A DNA stretch of 64,000 bases from a virus (taxonomy: Duplodnaviria; Caudoviricetes). Within the stretch, counting starts at the first letter, position 1, and every line of letters starts with the position of its first letter. Location: the IMG/VR virus record IMGVR_UViG_3300035208_004396, one strand, 5' to 3'. Of this stretch, positions 47,876-58,191 are shown in pieces. Below the pieces are notes generated by a model that saw nothing but the letters and a program-made list of their open reading frames with translations, was not told the origin of the DNA and made no database searches. A program made the position numbers and the translations under genes.

Positions 47876-48697
47876 TCAAGAAATATCTAACATTCCGCCA
47901 CTGGGACTAAATGTAAATTCACAAAGATAGGGTTTATCTATAAAAAAGTAGTCCATTCTTACAAAATCAAATACTTTTCCATAAGAATCTGAAGTTTTTC
48001 TTATTTCGGAAAGTGATTTTAGCATCATAGAATTTAGATCATCTATAATTGGTTCACCACCTATAATATGTTTACTCTTTTTGCCATTTTCATCTACACA
48101 GGCTAAAATAGATACTATAGATTTGTTTATTTTCCGAGATATTTCGATAACTTCTAATTTACCATTAAGATAATATAATTGCCAATCTAGAGGTTTATCT
48201 ATTAACAAGGGTTGAATTAGTACACCAGGTTTTATAGTTTCATATTGTTGTTCATAAACTGGAGAAATATAAGCATAATTTAGATTTAACCAATTATCAA
48301 TTTTGTTTTTCACAAATGTCGGATCATAGTCATTAGTTATTATGATATTCCAACCTGAACCATGATTACATTTAACTATCAAAGGTTTAGTTAAATCGGC
48401 TAATATTTCTACATCAAACGACTTAGTATATTTGGAATATAGCTTGGGTATTAAAATACTGTTTGGTACACGAGAATAAACACCTATTTTATCTGCAAAT
48501 TCGGATTTAATCGGATCTGGATTATCAAACATATCTTTTAAGATATAATCTCTTAAATTTTCAGGTTTTTCAATATTTACTGAATAAGGCAAATGTTTCA
48601 GAGATAATGTTTTTCTATCATTGCTGAAACGCATAGAGTTATATGAACTCTGATGTAAACCTTTAAGCCATTCAGTTTTATATTCTTCTTCAGTCAT
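47876..48697 (-). CDS. TupA-like ATP-grasp protein
   Basis: ADK..V, KCNHGSGWN, E.QY..IKP, FVRMDYF, EFTFSP.GG motifs. Confidence 0.85.
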   Translation of the reverse strand: MTEEEYKTEWLKGLHQSSYNSMRFSNDRKTLSLKHLPYSVNIEKPENLRDYILKDMFDNPDPIKSEFADKIGVYSRVPNSILIPKLYSKYTKSFDVEILADLTKPLIVKCNHGSGWNIIITNDYDPTFVKNKIDNWLNLNYAYISPVYEQQYETIKPGVLIQPLLIDKPLDWQLYYLNGKLEVIEISRKINKSIVSILACVDENGKKSKHIIGGEPIIDDLNSMMLKSLSEIRKTSDSYGKVFDFVRMDYFFIDKPYLCEFTFSPSGGMLDIS

Positions 48698-49379
48698 GGA
48701 ATTTAGTATACTTCGTTATAGGCCAAAAATCGATCTTTTCAGACCATTTTTTAACCAAGTAATCACGTTCACTTAAATAATTATACATATTTTCACTTTC
48801 TTCTCTTCGACCAAGAACAGTAGAAATATCTATAATATCCAGATCGTAATGTTTAGATAACAATTGTAAACACATATCAGTTTCAGCAAAATGATAATCA
48901 TTCAAATTATCATCGAATATCAGATTTTCTATTGCTTTTCGATTAAAAAATAGACAATTTCCAGCTAGTGTAGCCATTTTAGAATGATCTCCAGCCCAAT
49001 ATAATAATCTACCAATTCGATCAGATTTAACTTCACCTTTGTCATCTAATTCGAGTTGTTTAGTTTGGCCCGCTCCAAATAGCTCTATACCAGTAATAAA
49101 TTCTCCATTTTGAGCTAAAATACTATTACCTATGATACCAGCACAACCTAAATTAGAATGACGCTTCAGCTTAAACTCGATAACATCTTCACTAGTTTCA
49201 ATCTTGATATTATCATGTTTCAAACAAAACCAATCAGATTTAACCAAAGATAAAGCATAATTATATTTTTTGGCTATATTCAAACTAATTTGTTTCTTAC
49301 CAAAAACTAACGAATCTGTTAAATATATACCATTTTCACGATTAGCTGGCAAATCGTGACACAAGATAAAAGTTTGCAT
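48690..49379 (-). CDS. glycosyltransferase 2-like protein (divergent)
   Basis: IAKKYN, HDNI, G.AG.IG, FD.....YHF..TD.CLQ motifs. Confidence 0.65.
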   Translation of the reverse strand: MQTFILCHDLPANRENGIYLTDSLVFGKKQISLNIAKKYNYALSLVKSDWFCLKHDNIKIETSEDVIEFKLKRHSNLGCAGIIGNSILAQNGEFITGIELFGAGQTKQLELDDKGEVKSDRIGRLLYWAGDHSKMATLAGNCLFFNRKAIENLIFDDNLNDYHFAETDMCLQLLSKHYDLDIIDISTVLGRREESENMYNYLSERDYLVKKWSEKIDFWPITKYTKFHD

Positions 49380-49398
49380 AATACAAATATAAGATAAT

Positions 49399-50349
49399 CT
49401 AGTGAGTCATTTTCGATATGAATTGGTCTTGTGTAAGTATTCTATCACAAGAAACTTCTAAATCTAATGTTGTATAACTCGAATAATATTGATCTACTAT
49501 TTTAAACTCTTCGTTACTATGTTGAATCTTCCATTTCTTAATTACAACTACGAAAGGTAATTTGAATACCCCCATCATGATATACATGTACCATAAATAA
49601 GAACCGGCAAATGATTTATCGAAATTGTTTTGTGCTACTCTTTCATTATCATTGCCACCTAATGTCCCCGTATCTTTAACTGTTTCGTTATATAATGTCT
49701 TTCCTGATGCAGCTAAAGAATCAAAAAATCCGCCCTTGTTATCTTTGAACGTTTTCATAGTATTAAATAAGACATGAGATATATCTATTACGCTCTTATT
49801 CATACTTTCCACTTTAGATCCAAGATCTCTCCCGATACTATATTCAGAACCATGTGTCAATCCGCCATAATTAGCTAAAACTTTTTGTAAATCATAACCC
49901 GAACTGAAATAATCTAGTGAACCAGCACGACCTACTATTTTTCCATTGGTGTTCATTTTATTGGGTATAACCAAGTTCAAACTGAAATTTAGATGATTAT
50001 TACCATTATATACGCTTCCCGTTGCACTATCTAGTTTATATTTGGGTTCTGGCAATGAACCAGTACCAAATTGTACGGATTGTACCATATCACTATTCAT
50101 AAGACTATCTAGTTTCGAAATGATGAAATTTACTATCAGATTTTCATTTTTAGCATCTTCCCAGTTAGCACTATCTGAAACAGCTGGTAGTTTAGTTAAA
50201 ATACCATTTACAGTTACAACACCATTAGTCAATATTATATAATTGTTACCAAAAATCTGCAACATACTTCGGTTAAAAGTATAAACCGACATATTGTTTT
50301 GATTACTTAATTTTTTAATTTCATCAGCAGTAAGTTGCATCTTATTCAT
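49399..50349 (-). CDS. putative baseplate / tube-cap protein
   Basis: Tube-fold-like beta pattern, late motif; weak similarity only. Confidence 0.4.
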   Translation of the reverse strand: MNKMQLTADEIKKLSNQNNMSVYTFNRSMLQIFGNNYIILTNGVVTVNGILTKLPAVSDSANWEDAKNENLIVNFIISKLDSLMNSDMVQSVQFGTGSLPEPKYKLDSATGSVYNGNNHLNFSLNLVIPNKMNTNGKIVGRAGSLDYFSSGYDLQKVLANYGGLTHGSEYSIGRDLGSKVESMNKSVIDISHVLFNTMKTFKDNKGGFFDSLAASGKTLYNETVKDTGTLGGNDNERVAQNNFDKSFAGSYLWYMYIMMGVFKLPFVVVIKKWKIQHSNEEFKIVDQYYSSYTTLDLEVSCDRILTQDQFISKMTH

Positions 50350-50361
50350 ATATATCTTAGA

Positions 50362-51117
50362 ATGAATTACGAAATATATGATATAAATGACACTTCTTTA
50401 TTAGTTGGAAAGACTGATTTGTCTCAGATCGTAACAAAAATTGAATACCAAAAAGGTTTCTTTTTATGTAATCATAATGAATTATACACTAATATTTCTA
50501 ACATTGCACGAGCTAATAGCGAAGAATTCATTAAAAATGGTGAAACTCTATTCAATATGATCACCAGACATGATGAATTAGATACGGTAATATTAGCAGA
50601 AGGTGAAGATTCTAATCTAGATTCATATTTTCAAAGAGTGAATCGCGATGAAGTAATGAAATTCGATAGTTATTCGTCATATTTAAGAGAAGAAATTTAT
50701 CAAATTAAGATTAAATTATGGACTGAAGTGTTATATTCTTCATTCAACTTGAATAACTGGTACCGAACATATAACATGACTATGCCTGAATATAATATCG
50801 ATCAATTTTTAGATAACATAGTGAAAACTAAAGATTTCGCATCATATTTAGATACACTAGATGAAAACATTTTGGATTTATATGGCTCTAAAATGAGAGA
50901 ATTAAGCAAAATTCTTATCAACAAATACAGATCTGAGATTATCGAACATTATAATAACATAGTATTATCTAATGAAAAAATTATATTAGTTAATCCGATT
51001 ATTTTAGACATCTATATGAGTTATTCTTATGTTCGCGAATTCAACAAAACATTTCCGAATATAAACGTAAAAGGCATAGCTAAGAAAAGCTTAAGCTTAT
51101 TAGGTATATCTCTATGA
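50362..51117 (+). CDS. hypothetical protein (start at MNYEIY)
   Basis: First ATG after the divergent ATATATA; ATGA-coupled to gp14. Confidence 0.6.
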   Translation: MNYEIYDINDTSLLVGKTDLSQIVTKIEYQKGFFLCNHNELYTNISNIARANSEEFIKNGETLFNMITRHDELDTVILAEGEDSNLDSYFQRVNRDEVMKFDSYSSYLREEIYQIKIKLWTEVLYSSFNLNNWYRTYNMTMPEYNIDQFLDNIVKTKDFASYLDTLDENILDLYGSKMRELSKILINKYRSEIIEHYNNIVLSNEKIILVNPIILDIYMSYSYVREFNKTFPNINVKGIAKKSLSLLGISL

Positions 51118-51887
51118 GTTTTCAAGATGAATATAATCGATTATTCATCAATGGTTGCAAAGTATCCGGCAAAGACTGGACTAAATCGAGATATTTCGAC
51201 CCTATTAATCCATGTTATAGCGGTGAAGCAGCTTTAGTTTCATCTTTGACAAGTGAAGCTTATTCTAATTTCGGATTAAAAGTAGATTATTACATTAAAA
51301 AAATATCTACTAAACGAGATAAATTATTAGGCGAAGATCCATTAGAATCTATTGTTAGACGATTCAAATTAGATATGTGGACTGAAAATGTTCCTTCACT
51401 TCAGAAATCCTATCAATTACAAGGCATGCTATATGAGGAATATATACATATCTATTGTACAATAACTCATTTTCACGAAGCAAGCCAATATAACGAAAAT
51501 AGAACTAAAATACTATTTCCAGAATATACTCCTAAAATAGGTGATTTAATTCAATTTACTTATAATGAAATCTATTATGAAGTTATAAATGTGAAAGATT
51601 ATGGTCAAAATTCAACATTTTTAGCTGTACCAATAACTTATGAATTCATATTGAGACAATGGAAAAATGATCATTCTGATGTCGAAGATCAAAACTTACC
51701 TATCTCAGATGTAACTAACTTAGGTAAAATATTCAACTTGGATCAAGAAAAAGTGAATCCCGATGGTGATATTTTGAATGCTAACCAAACTGTAACTGAT
51801 AAAGATCAAACTGGGGATAATCATCCCGAGTTAGTAATCGAAAAAGAAAATCACGTCAATACACCAGATAACATGTTAGATTTTTGA
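51114..51887 (+). CDS. neck protein (T4 gp14-like)
   Basis: E..L...L..E....FG..V.YY, D.LLGEDP, PKIGDLI, YEV..V motifs. Confidence 0.85.
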   Translation: MSFQDEYNRLFINGCKVSGKDWTKSRYFDPINPCYSGEAALVSSLTSEAYSNFGLKVDYYIKKISTKRDKLLGEDPLESIVRRFKLDMWTENVPSLQKSYQLQGMLYEEYIHIYCTITHFHEASQYNENRTKILFPEYTPKIGDLIQFTYNEIYYEVINVKDYGQNSTFLAVPITYEFILRQWKNDHSDVEDQNLPISDVTNLGKIFNLDQEKVNPDGDILNANQTVTDKDQTGDNHPELVIEKENHVNTPDNMLDF

Positions 51888-52579
51888 TTTATTATAGTAC
51901 GAACTAAATTCGAATAATAATCAAAAGTCTTGTAAGTATTATAATTTGCTGGCTTTATAATGCTCAACTGTGTAGGTTTAATATTAGTTTTATAAAATCT
52001 ACAAGATTTAAGTACACCAGTGATGAACATAATGAAAGCATAAAAGAAGTCATCTTCATTCAAATCTATAATTTCATCGGTCAACCATGATACAATTCTA
52101 GTATCGAATAGATTAGGTGTATACATAGAACATCTACCCATTGGAACCGGAACATTAAAGAAATTTGCTAAATTTGCCGTAGTAACATACGAATTTGGTC
52201 CACTTACACTCTTCAAATCTACCATTCCCCTTAACAAACCAGGTTCATATAAACAATCATCATCAATCGTCATTATCATAGTATCGGGTTTATCTTTATA
52301 ACGCATCAACGTAGGGATCAATTTCTTATACGTCTTAATGTCATGATCTACCCAACAAATCTCAACATTTTCATGATGTTCGATATATTCTATTAACTTT
52401 TCAGGAAGATTGACTACCATTTCTGGAAATTGTGATTTAGCTAAATTCAAAATCAACTTATCCGGAGTCAAGATTTTATCAGAAATAATACTATCTATTG
52501 TTGGTGTAATATCCAGCTCGATTCTTTCTGGAATGGATGTCATAGTAACTATAATTTCAGATCTATCTACCATAATCAA
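51851..52579 (-). CDS. glycosyltransferase family 2-like
   Basis: TMTSIPERI, YKKLIP, TIDDD..Y, EDD motifs. Confidence 0.8.
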   Translation of the reverse strand: MIMVDRSEIIVTMTSIPERIELDITPTIDSIISDKILTPDKLILNLAKSQFPEMVVNLPEKLIEYIEHHENVEICWVDHDIKTYKKLIPTLMRYKDKPDTMIMTIDDDCLYEPGLLRGMVDLKSVSGPNSYVTTANLANFFNVPVPMGRCSMYTPNLFDTRIVSWLTDEIIDLNEDDFFYAFIMFITGVLKSCRFYKTNIKPTQLSIIKPANYNTYKTFDYYSNLVRTIINQKSNMLSGVLT

Positions 52580-52674
52580 AATATACTTTAATTTATCGAA
52601 TTAATGTTCTGACACATCTATATTTAAGAATAGTATTTCAATTCTACATATCTACCTCATCATTATAAGTATCT

Positions 52675-53077
52675 AAGAATAGACAAACCTTTTCTATCTT
52701 AGTACCCCCCTCCTATAGGTTTTATACTATATAAAAAAGATTCCACCTCTCCCTACCCAACTATAATGTATCTATCAAGAAATATGTGGACTTTTTCCGA
52801 TGTAAAAATCACTTGGTTTCTTACTTAGAGTAAGGACGGATCACTTCTGTAGCTTTTGTAAACATATTTTTACATATTTGTAATTAAAATATAATGATAT
52901 ATGTTATTTGGTTTTTTCGATAGGGTAGTATAATTTTTATGAATATATGAGTTTATCTCGTATACCAGTTTAATTTGAGTTTAACGCCTGTTTTAGACCG
53001 TTATATTATATTTACGATATAGTTTTATAGGTGTATTATAAAAACGTATTAAAAGTGCCTTAAAATGCAAAATAAAT
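52675..53077 (-). repeat. non-coding inverted repeat, copy B
   Basis: Reverse complement of 24974-25372 (core 52675-52796). Confidence 0.92.
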
Positions 53078-53093
53078 GTTGATAAATAGAATG

Positions 53094-54491
53094 ATGGCAA
53101 CTAAGATCAACATTCCGGAAGGTTTCGAATTAAAATCGGAAGATTTGTATAAGCAATATTCGGAATTTTATAAATCTAAACCTTTCATGAATTGGCGTTA
53201 TAGTGTAAAATTCATGAATAAACAAGGTGTTGAATTATGTAATGGCATGTTAACTTATCTAGTTAAAAACATAACGATGCCAGTTACAACATTAAATAAA
53301 GTTACGACCAATTATAAAACTTATGATTATAATGAAGTTTTCATTTCACCCGGATCGAGAAGATTAACATTCGGATTATATGAAAATGAAAATCTAGATG
53401 TGTTAAATTTCATAAAATACTGTATGTTCGGAGAAAATCGAGATAATTATTCATTTTATGACGATTTTATGCCCCCAGAGATCTATATCCGGATTGAAAT
53501 AGAAGATATATGGGAAGATAGAACAGATGCTGATCTAAGAATGGACGATCTGTTAAACCCTAATTATTGTACTCCTTATACTCAACCCGTTAAGAATGTT
53601 ATTGATGTAATAAACAAGTATAATGAAGTTAAACCAGAAAAATTAATCGAAAACTATGTTAATGTTAACAATGGCAACGAAACTAAACTTAAATTCAACA
53701 AAGTTTTGAATTATACCTGCACTTATTGTGATTTCAGTAAAGATAAGTTATCTACTGATAGTGCTATGGTAGATGGTTATTCTTTGACTTTTGTGATAAG
53801 GTCTGAGACAATAGGTTTTGATATAGGCAAAGCTGGTGAAGGAGGATTACTCGATAAAGATATCAATTTGGAAGCCAGAATATCTAAAAAGAAGATGAGC
53901 CTTGCTGGTGGTGTAGATGTAAACAACATTAAACATAAAGGCTTCGGTAGTATGAGTGGGGATTTAAATGGTAGTTATGAAACAATTGCGAGTGGTTATG
54001 AATCTTGGCTAAACGGAACCGGACGAGAAAGAAATCTCGAAAGTGCTCATGCTTATCTTTTAGCTACCGGTTATATAACTAAAGCTTATGATGACAGTGC
54101 TAATGGATTATGTGCTAGAGGTGTAAGTGTCATGACGAATTTAGCTTCAAATAATAAGAGTTATGTTAATATAGGTGCTAATAATGGTAAAGGTGAAGCT
54201 TCATTATTAGCCGAATCGAATGAATTTAGTCAAAAGTATACCCCAAAGACAGTTACGGATTCAGAATATCGAAATATGGTCGCCAATGGTGAGATTAAAG
54301 CTGGTACAGTAGTATCTTTATCATATTCTAATAAGAGTGGAGATAAATGGGTAAAATCTTCAAATGGTCACACTTTTGTATGGATTGACAGCAATCATAC
54401 AGCATCGGATTACGAGCAAAAATCAACTTATGGTTTGAGTTTAACTAATAAGAAGATCGATAAGATAGTTTTAGCAATTCCTACGACTTAG
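53094..54491 (+). CDS. tube-fold baseplate protein fused to a C-terminal Cys/His peptidoglycan amidase-like domain
   Basis: N-terminal YLVKNITMP/LTFGLYENE tube-like pattern; C-terminal CARGV...GH.F.W...SDY.Q. Confidence 0.6.
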   Translation: MATKINIPEGFELKSEDLYKQYSEFYKSKPFMNWRYSVKFMNKQGVELCNGMLTYLVKNITMPVTTLNKVTTNYKTYDYNEVFISPGSRRLTFGLYENENLDVLNFIKYCMFGENRDNYSFYDDFMPPEIYIRIEIEDIWEDRTDADLRMDDLLNPNYCTPYTQPVKNVIDVINKYNEVKPEKLIENYVNVNNGNETKLKFNKVLNYTCTYCDFSKDKLSTDSAMVDGYSLTFVIRSETIGFDIGKAGEGGLLDKDINLEARISKKKMSLAGGVDVNNIKHKGFGSMSGDLNGSYETIASGYESWLNGTGRERNLESAHAYLLATGYITKAYDDSANGLCARGVSVMTNLASNNKSYVNIGANNGKGEASLLAESNEFSQKYTPKTVTDSEYRNMVANGEIKAGTVVSLSYSNKSGDKWVKSSNGHTFVWIDSNHTASDYEQKSTYGLSLTNKKIDKIVLAIPTT

Positions 54492-54990
54492 TTTGATCCA
54501 TTATGAATTTTGGTAACTCGTAAGTTTTCTTAGTTAAACCAGCATCTGTTAAATGTTGAATCAAATCTTCTCGGTTCATGACATAAGTGTTATTTTGGAT
54601 ATTCTGTGCATTTTGAACTGAACTTTTCTTTTTATTTACTATATCATCTTTTATTTGATAATCTGTTAACATTTTGTTAAGAGACAATAATTCTTGAATA
54701 TTTGATGTTATAGCATTGCTTATTTGGGTGAAACTCATGAATGTTCCCGGCGGAGCACCTATTTTGCATTGCATTGCAACATTTTCAAGCACATTTCTAT
54801 TTAGATCTATTAAGTTTACTAATTGTTCGCGTATATATTCTTTATCTTGTATATCATATTTTTGAGTTTTGAACTCGGTTATTTTATTTTTAGTTTCTTT
54901 TATTTTAATCGCTGCTTCTTCGAACACTTCTTTTTCTTCTGTATGTTCAGGAAGTTCGGATAAATTGAATTCATCATCTAATTTTGACAT
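54481..54990 (-). CDS. terminase small subunit (T4 gp16-like)
   Basis: SKLD..FN, D.EYIRE.L..LI, helical core, Q.NTY C-terminus. Confidence 0.65.
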   Translation of the reverse strand: MSKLDDEFNLSELPEHTEEKEVFEEAAIKIKETKNKITEFKTQKYDIQDKEYIREQLVNLIDLNRNVLENVAMQCKIGAPPGTFMSFTQISNAITSNIQELLSLNKMLTDYQIKDDIVNKKKSSVQNAQNIQNNTYVMNREDLIQHLTDAGLTKKTYELPKFIMDQTKS

Positions 54991-55637
54991 ATAAACTCTT
55001 TATACGTTGTATTTATAAGATTATTATTTAATCTAGATCGTTTAATTAAATAAATATCCCCTTCATCATAATCGTTAGAATCAAATAAATCGAAAACTAA
55101 TAATGGGTAAACATCAATTATATTTTCAAATGCTTTAGCTTGATCTTTTACTGTAAAATCGTGTAAGTCATTAAAAATCAATAACTTACGTTGTTTTATA
55201 CCACTCATTTTAATTTGATATATTTGATCATTCGAATAGTTTTTAGGGACAATAGCAATTAATGGTGAACATGAATTTTTGATAATGTCTATGTCATCTA
55301 TTTTAGATTGGTCTAACTCTTTCATTATTTTATAAATAGGATTCAACTGATCTTCGAAAAGCATTCCTAGATATACTGAATCTAACTTATTTCTTTTGAA
55401 TATAGCAGTTTGTGGCATACCAATATGACCAGTAAGTTCATAAATAGCATCTTTTTCTTTTTGCAAGATACATTCTACGAAATATAAGGAATTAGTTTCA
55501 ATATCGGCGATTTCTTTCTTATAATCCTCACAGATTTGACAAACATCGTTTACGAATATAAACACACCATGTTTTATCTCCATATTATAAAAGGCATCAA
55601 AATTCAATTGATGTTTAACTAAGATTTCTTTTCTCAT
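54978..55637 (-). CDS. thioredoxin-fold protein
   Basis: CQIC and G.P.T..FK motifs. Confidence 0.6.
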   Translation of the reverse strand: MRKEILVKHQLNFDAFYNMEIKHGVFIFVNDVCQICEDYKKEIADIETNSLYFVECILQKEKDAIYELTGHIGMPQTAIFKRNKLDSVYLGMLFEDQLNPIYKIMKELDQSKIDDIDIIKNSCSPLIAIVPKNYSNDQIYQIKMSGIKQRKLLIFNDLHDFTVKDQAKAFENIIDVYPLLVFDLFDSNDYDEGDIYLIKRSRLNNNLINTTYKEFICQN

Positions 55638-55679
55638 AATACTCCGAAGTTATCGAATATATATGAATAAGAGGATATT

Positions 55680-57872
55680 ATGATTGTAAAAGACGGGAAA
55701 ATTATAGCTATCGGTAGAATAAATCATGATGAAAGTCTTGTTGGTGATGGTGTTAGCTCCGATTTGGGAATATCTGAATCATATAAAAATGTTTTTTCGT
55801 CCTATTTGAATCACAGTGCTACTTGGGATAACAAAATTGATAGTTCTTTTCTTTTAGATTACTCGGCTTTTGTAAATTATTCTAATTTAATGGATCAAAA
55901 CTTATCTAGCAATATCGATAATATCGCAAGCTATATCGATAATAACTCTGCAATCTGGACTAAAGATACTACTTACAATGGTAGTGAATATATCAATGTT
56001 GATAGTGCTATAAGTTTAATAAAAATACCCGAGGAAATAGCCACTATTTCTGGTATTCAAACTAATCTTTCTCTTAATTTAACTGAATTATCTGGTTATA
56101 CTTATCAAAATATAAATGCTTTATCGAGTGATATTTATCAACTTTCATCAGATATAATATCATTGAGCGGTGAATTAAACACAGTATCTGGAAAAATACC
56201 AGAATTATCTAGCAATATAACAAACATATCATCGAAACTAAATGAATTTTCTGCTGATGTTAGTGAAAACTTAAATACTATCTATGGAAATATTGATGAT
56301 CTATCTAGTCATGTTTCAGAAAATTCGGTAAACATAGATAAAATTTCTGGCGAAATTGATACTATTCATGGCAATATAGAATATTTATCTTATGATGTTA
56401 GTAATTTATCAAGTGAATTAATTAATAAACAAGATATAATTTCCGGTGGACAATATATCAATGTTGATAAAAACATAGTTTCTTATACTGGTCCTATTTA
56501 TAATAATGCTTTCTATAGCGGAACAGATCTTTTAGGTTATTTAGTCAATAAAGGTGTAAATGGCCAGATTTTAAGCATGTCAGGTGATAATTTCGAATGG
56601 ACTGAACAATCGAAAATAGCTGATGTTGAAATATATGGTTATGATGGCATTAATGTAAATTCTAGTTATAGTGGAAATACCTTGATTTTCGATATATCGG
56701 GTAGTACTAATCCAGAACATGTCGGATTTATCGAACTTAACACTAATTTAAGTGCAATATCAGCGAATCAAGATATTTTGGATAATATATCAGTAATAGA
56801 TAATTATCTTTATACTGTTTCGGACAATAAAATAGTAATACCTAGTGGTACTTCTCAAATATGTGTTAATGTCAATGCTAAATTTACTCCTACCGCACAT
56901 AATACATCTACATTATATGAATTCGGGATAGATTTGCTAAATAGTCAAGCTGAAGTTTTATCTAATCAGTCTAAATTTGCTTTAACAAGTGGTTCAGATG
57001 TCTTATCTTATTCAAAATTAGTGAAATTAGACAGTTCTATAGAAAATTCTATCTATTTTAAGTTTGACGGTGATAGTAATCAGTTCGAATTGAATTCATG
57101 TCTCATCGATGTTTATGAGAATAAAACTGGTTCTAGTGAAGGTACTTCTGATACTTACGAAGTTAAAGTATCAAGTTCGGGTACAGCAGGATATTTGAAA
57201 GATAAAATGAATACTATTGCCCCGATACAAAACAGAATTGAAAATGACAAATATGTAATATATCAAGATCCGATTGGGGCTTCACCACTTTCTCGTATTT
57301 CTACTCCGGAGAGTGATAATGTTAGAGAGGTATTGAATGTTGTTACTAATGGTATAATAAAAGGCGAGAAAATTGCTATACAATTGCATGCATTCACGGT
57401 AGGAAACTATTTTGTACCAGAAAATACTGATATTTGGACTTATATTAATACTAATATACAGGGTATTAGTGAAGAAACTGTACATTTCGTGGGCATATAT
57501 GAGTTAGATGAAGAAAATCAGACATTTCATCTTGTAGCAATGAGTGTTAATGGAGCAAGTCACGATAATAGTGTAATAGGTTTAGCTAGTTTAGATACGG
57601 GATATGTAGATACAACTTATAATACGATTAAACCGAGTAAAATATATTATGCTTTTCATGCTTGTGATCAAACCGCATTAACTATAGCAGGTAATACTTC
57701 ATCTACTTATAATTTAGTAAATCCTTATATGTCATTAATAATTTACAACATATCTAATGCTTTAACAATATCCGATTTTGTTGCTAATTTAGCTACTATT
57801 AATATCTCAACTACAACTCTTTCTCATCAAGAAAGTACGGGAAAGAGATATCTGAGTTTACAACATATATAA
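55680..57872 (+). CDS. tail fibre-like protein
   Basis: HD.SL.GDG, SA.W repeats, heptad LSS coiled coil, KQD..GGQYI.V, GYL.DK. Confidence 0.65.
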   Translation: MIVKDGKIIAIGRINHDESLVGDGVSSDLGISESYKNVFSSYLNHSATWDNKIDSSFLLDYSAFVNYSNLMDQNLSSNIDNIASYIDNNSAIWTKDTTYNGSEYINVDSAISLIKIPEEIATISGIQTNLSLNLTELSGYTYQNINALSSDIYQLSSDIISLSGELNTVSGKIPELSSNITNISSKLNEFSADVSENLNTIYGNIDDLSSHVSENSVNIDKISGEIDTIHGNIEYLSYDVSNLSSELINKQDIISGGQYINVDKNIVSYTGPIYNNAFYSGTDLLGYLVNKGVNGQILSMSGDNFEWTEQSKIADVEIYGYDGINVNSSYSGNTLIFDISGSTNPEHVGFIELNTNLSAISANQDILDNISVIDNYLYTVSDNKIVIPSGTSQICVNVNAKFTPTAHNTSTLYEFGIDLLNSQAEVLSNQSKFALTSGSDVLSYSKLVKLDSSIENSIYFKFDGDSNQFELNSCLIDVYENKTGSSEGTSDTYEVKVSSSGTAGYLKDKMNTIAPIQNRIENDKYVIYQDPIGASPLSRISTPESDNVREVLNVVTNGIIKGEKIAIQLHAFTVGNYFVPENTDIWTYINTNIQGISEETVHFVGIYELDEENQTFHLVAMSVNGASHDNSVIGLASLDTGYVDTTYNTIKPSKIYYAFHACDQTALTIAGNTSSTYNLVNPYMSLIIYNISNALTISDFVANLATINISTTTLSHQESTGKRYLSLQHI

Positions 57873-57876
57873 GTAT

Positions 57877-58191
57877 ATGGAATTTAACAATAGAAATACG
57901 GTTTTTAATAATCCCAGTTCATATTCGAATGAAGTTTACACAATTGCATGTAATTATTCTGGCCGTGATTATAATAGGCAGCTCGGTAAGCTAATTATAG
58001 ATGAGTTATTAGACAAAATGAGTTCGACCGATGCAACAGAATTCATATCTTATGCTAATGTATTAGTATTCATAACGAACGGCATGTTTTATTCAAGTGC
58101 AAAATACTTAGACAATATAACAGTTAGCTCAAGTTTGCAAACTACTTTGACTTGGTTAAAAACTACATTAACTAATTCTGATTCGATATAG
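57877..58191 (+). CDS. hypothetical protein (possible fibre chaperone)
   Basis: Immediately downstream of the fibre gene. Confidence 0.55.
   Translation: MEFNNRNTVFNNPSSYSNEVYTIACNYSGRDYNRQLGKLIIDELLDKMSSTDATEFISYANVLVFITNGMFYSSAKYLDNITVSSSLQTTLTWLKTTLTNSDSI

Noticed and set aside
25252-52796. Transposon or site-specific invertible element bounded by the inverted repeats
   Set aside because: No transposase or recombinase in the window; the interval holds essential core genes, and the TnsA-like ORF is the T4 gp4 orthologue
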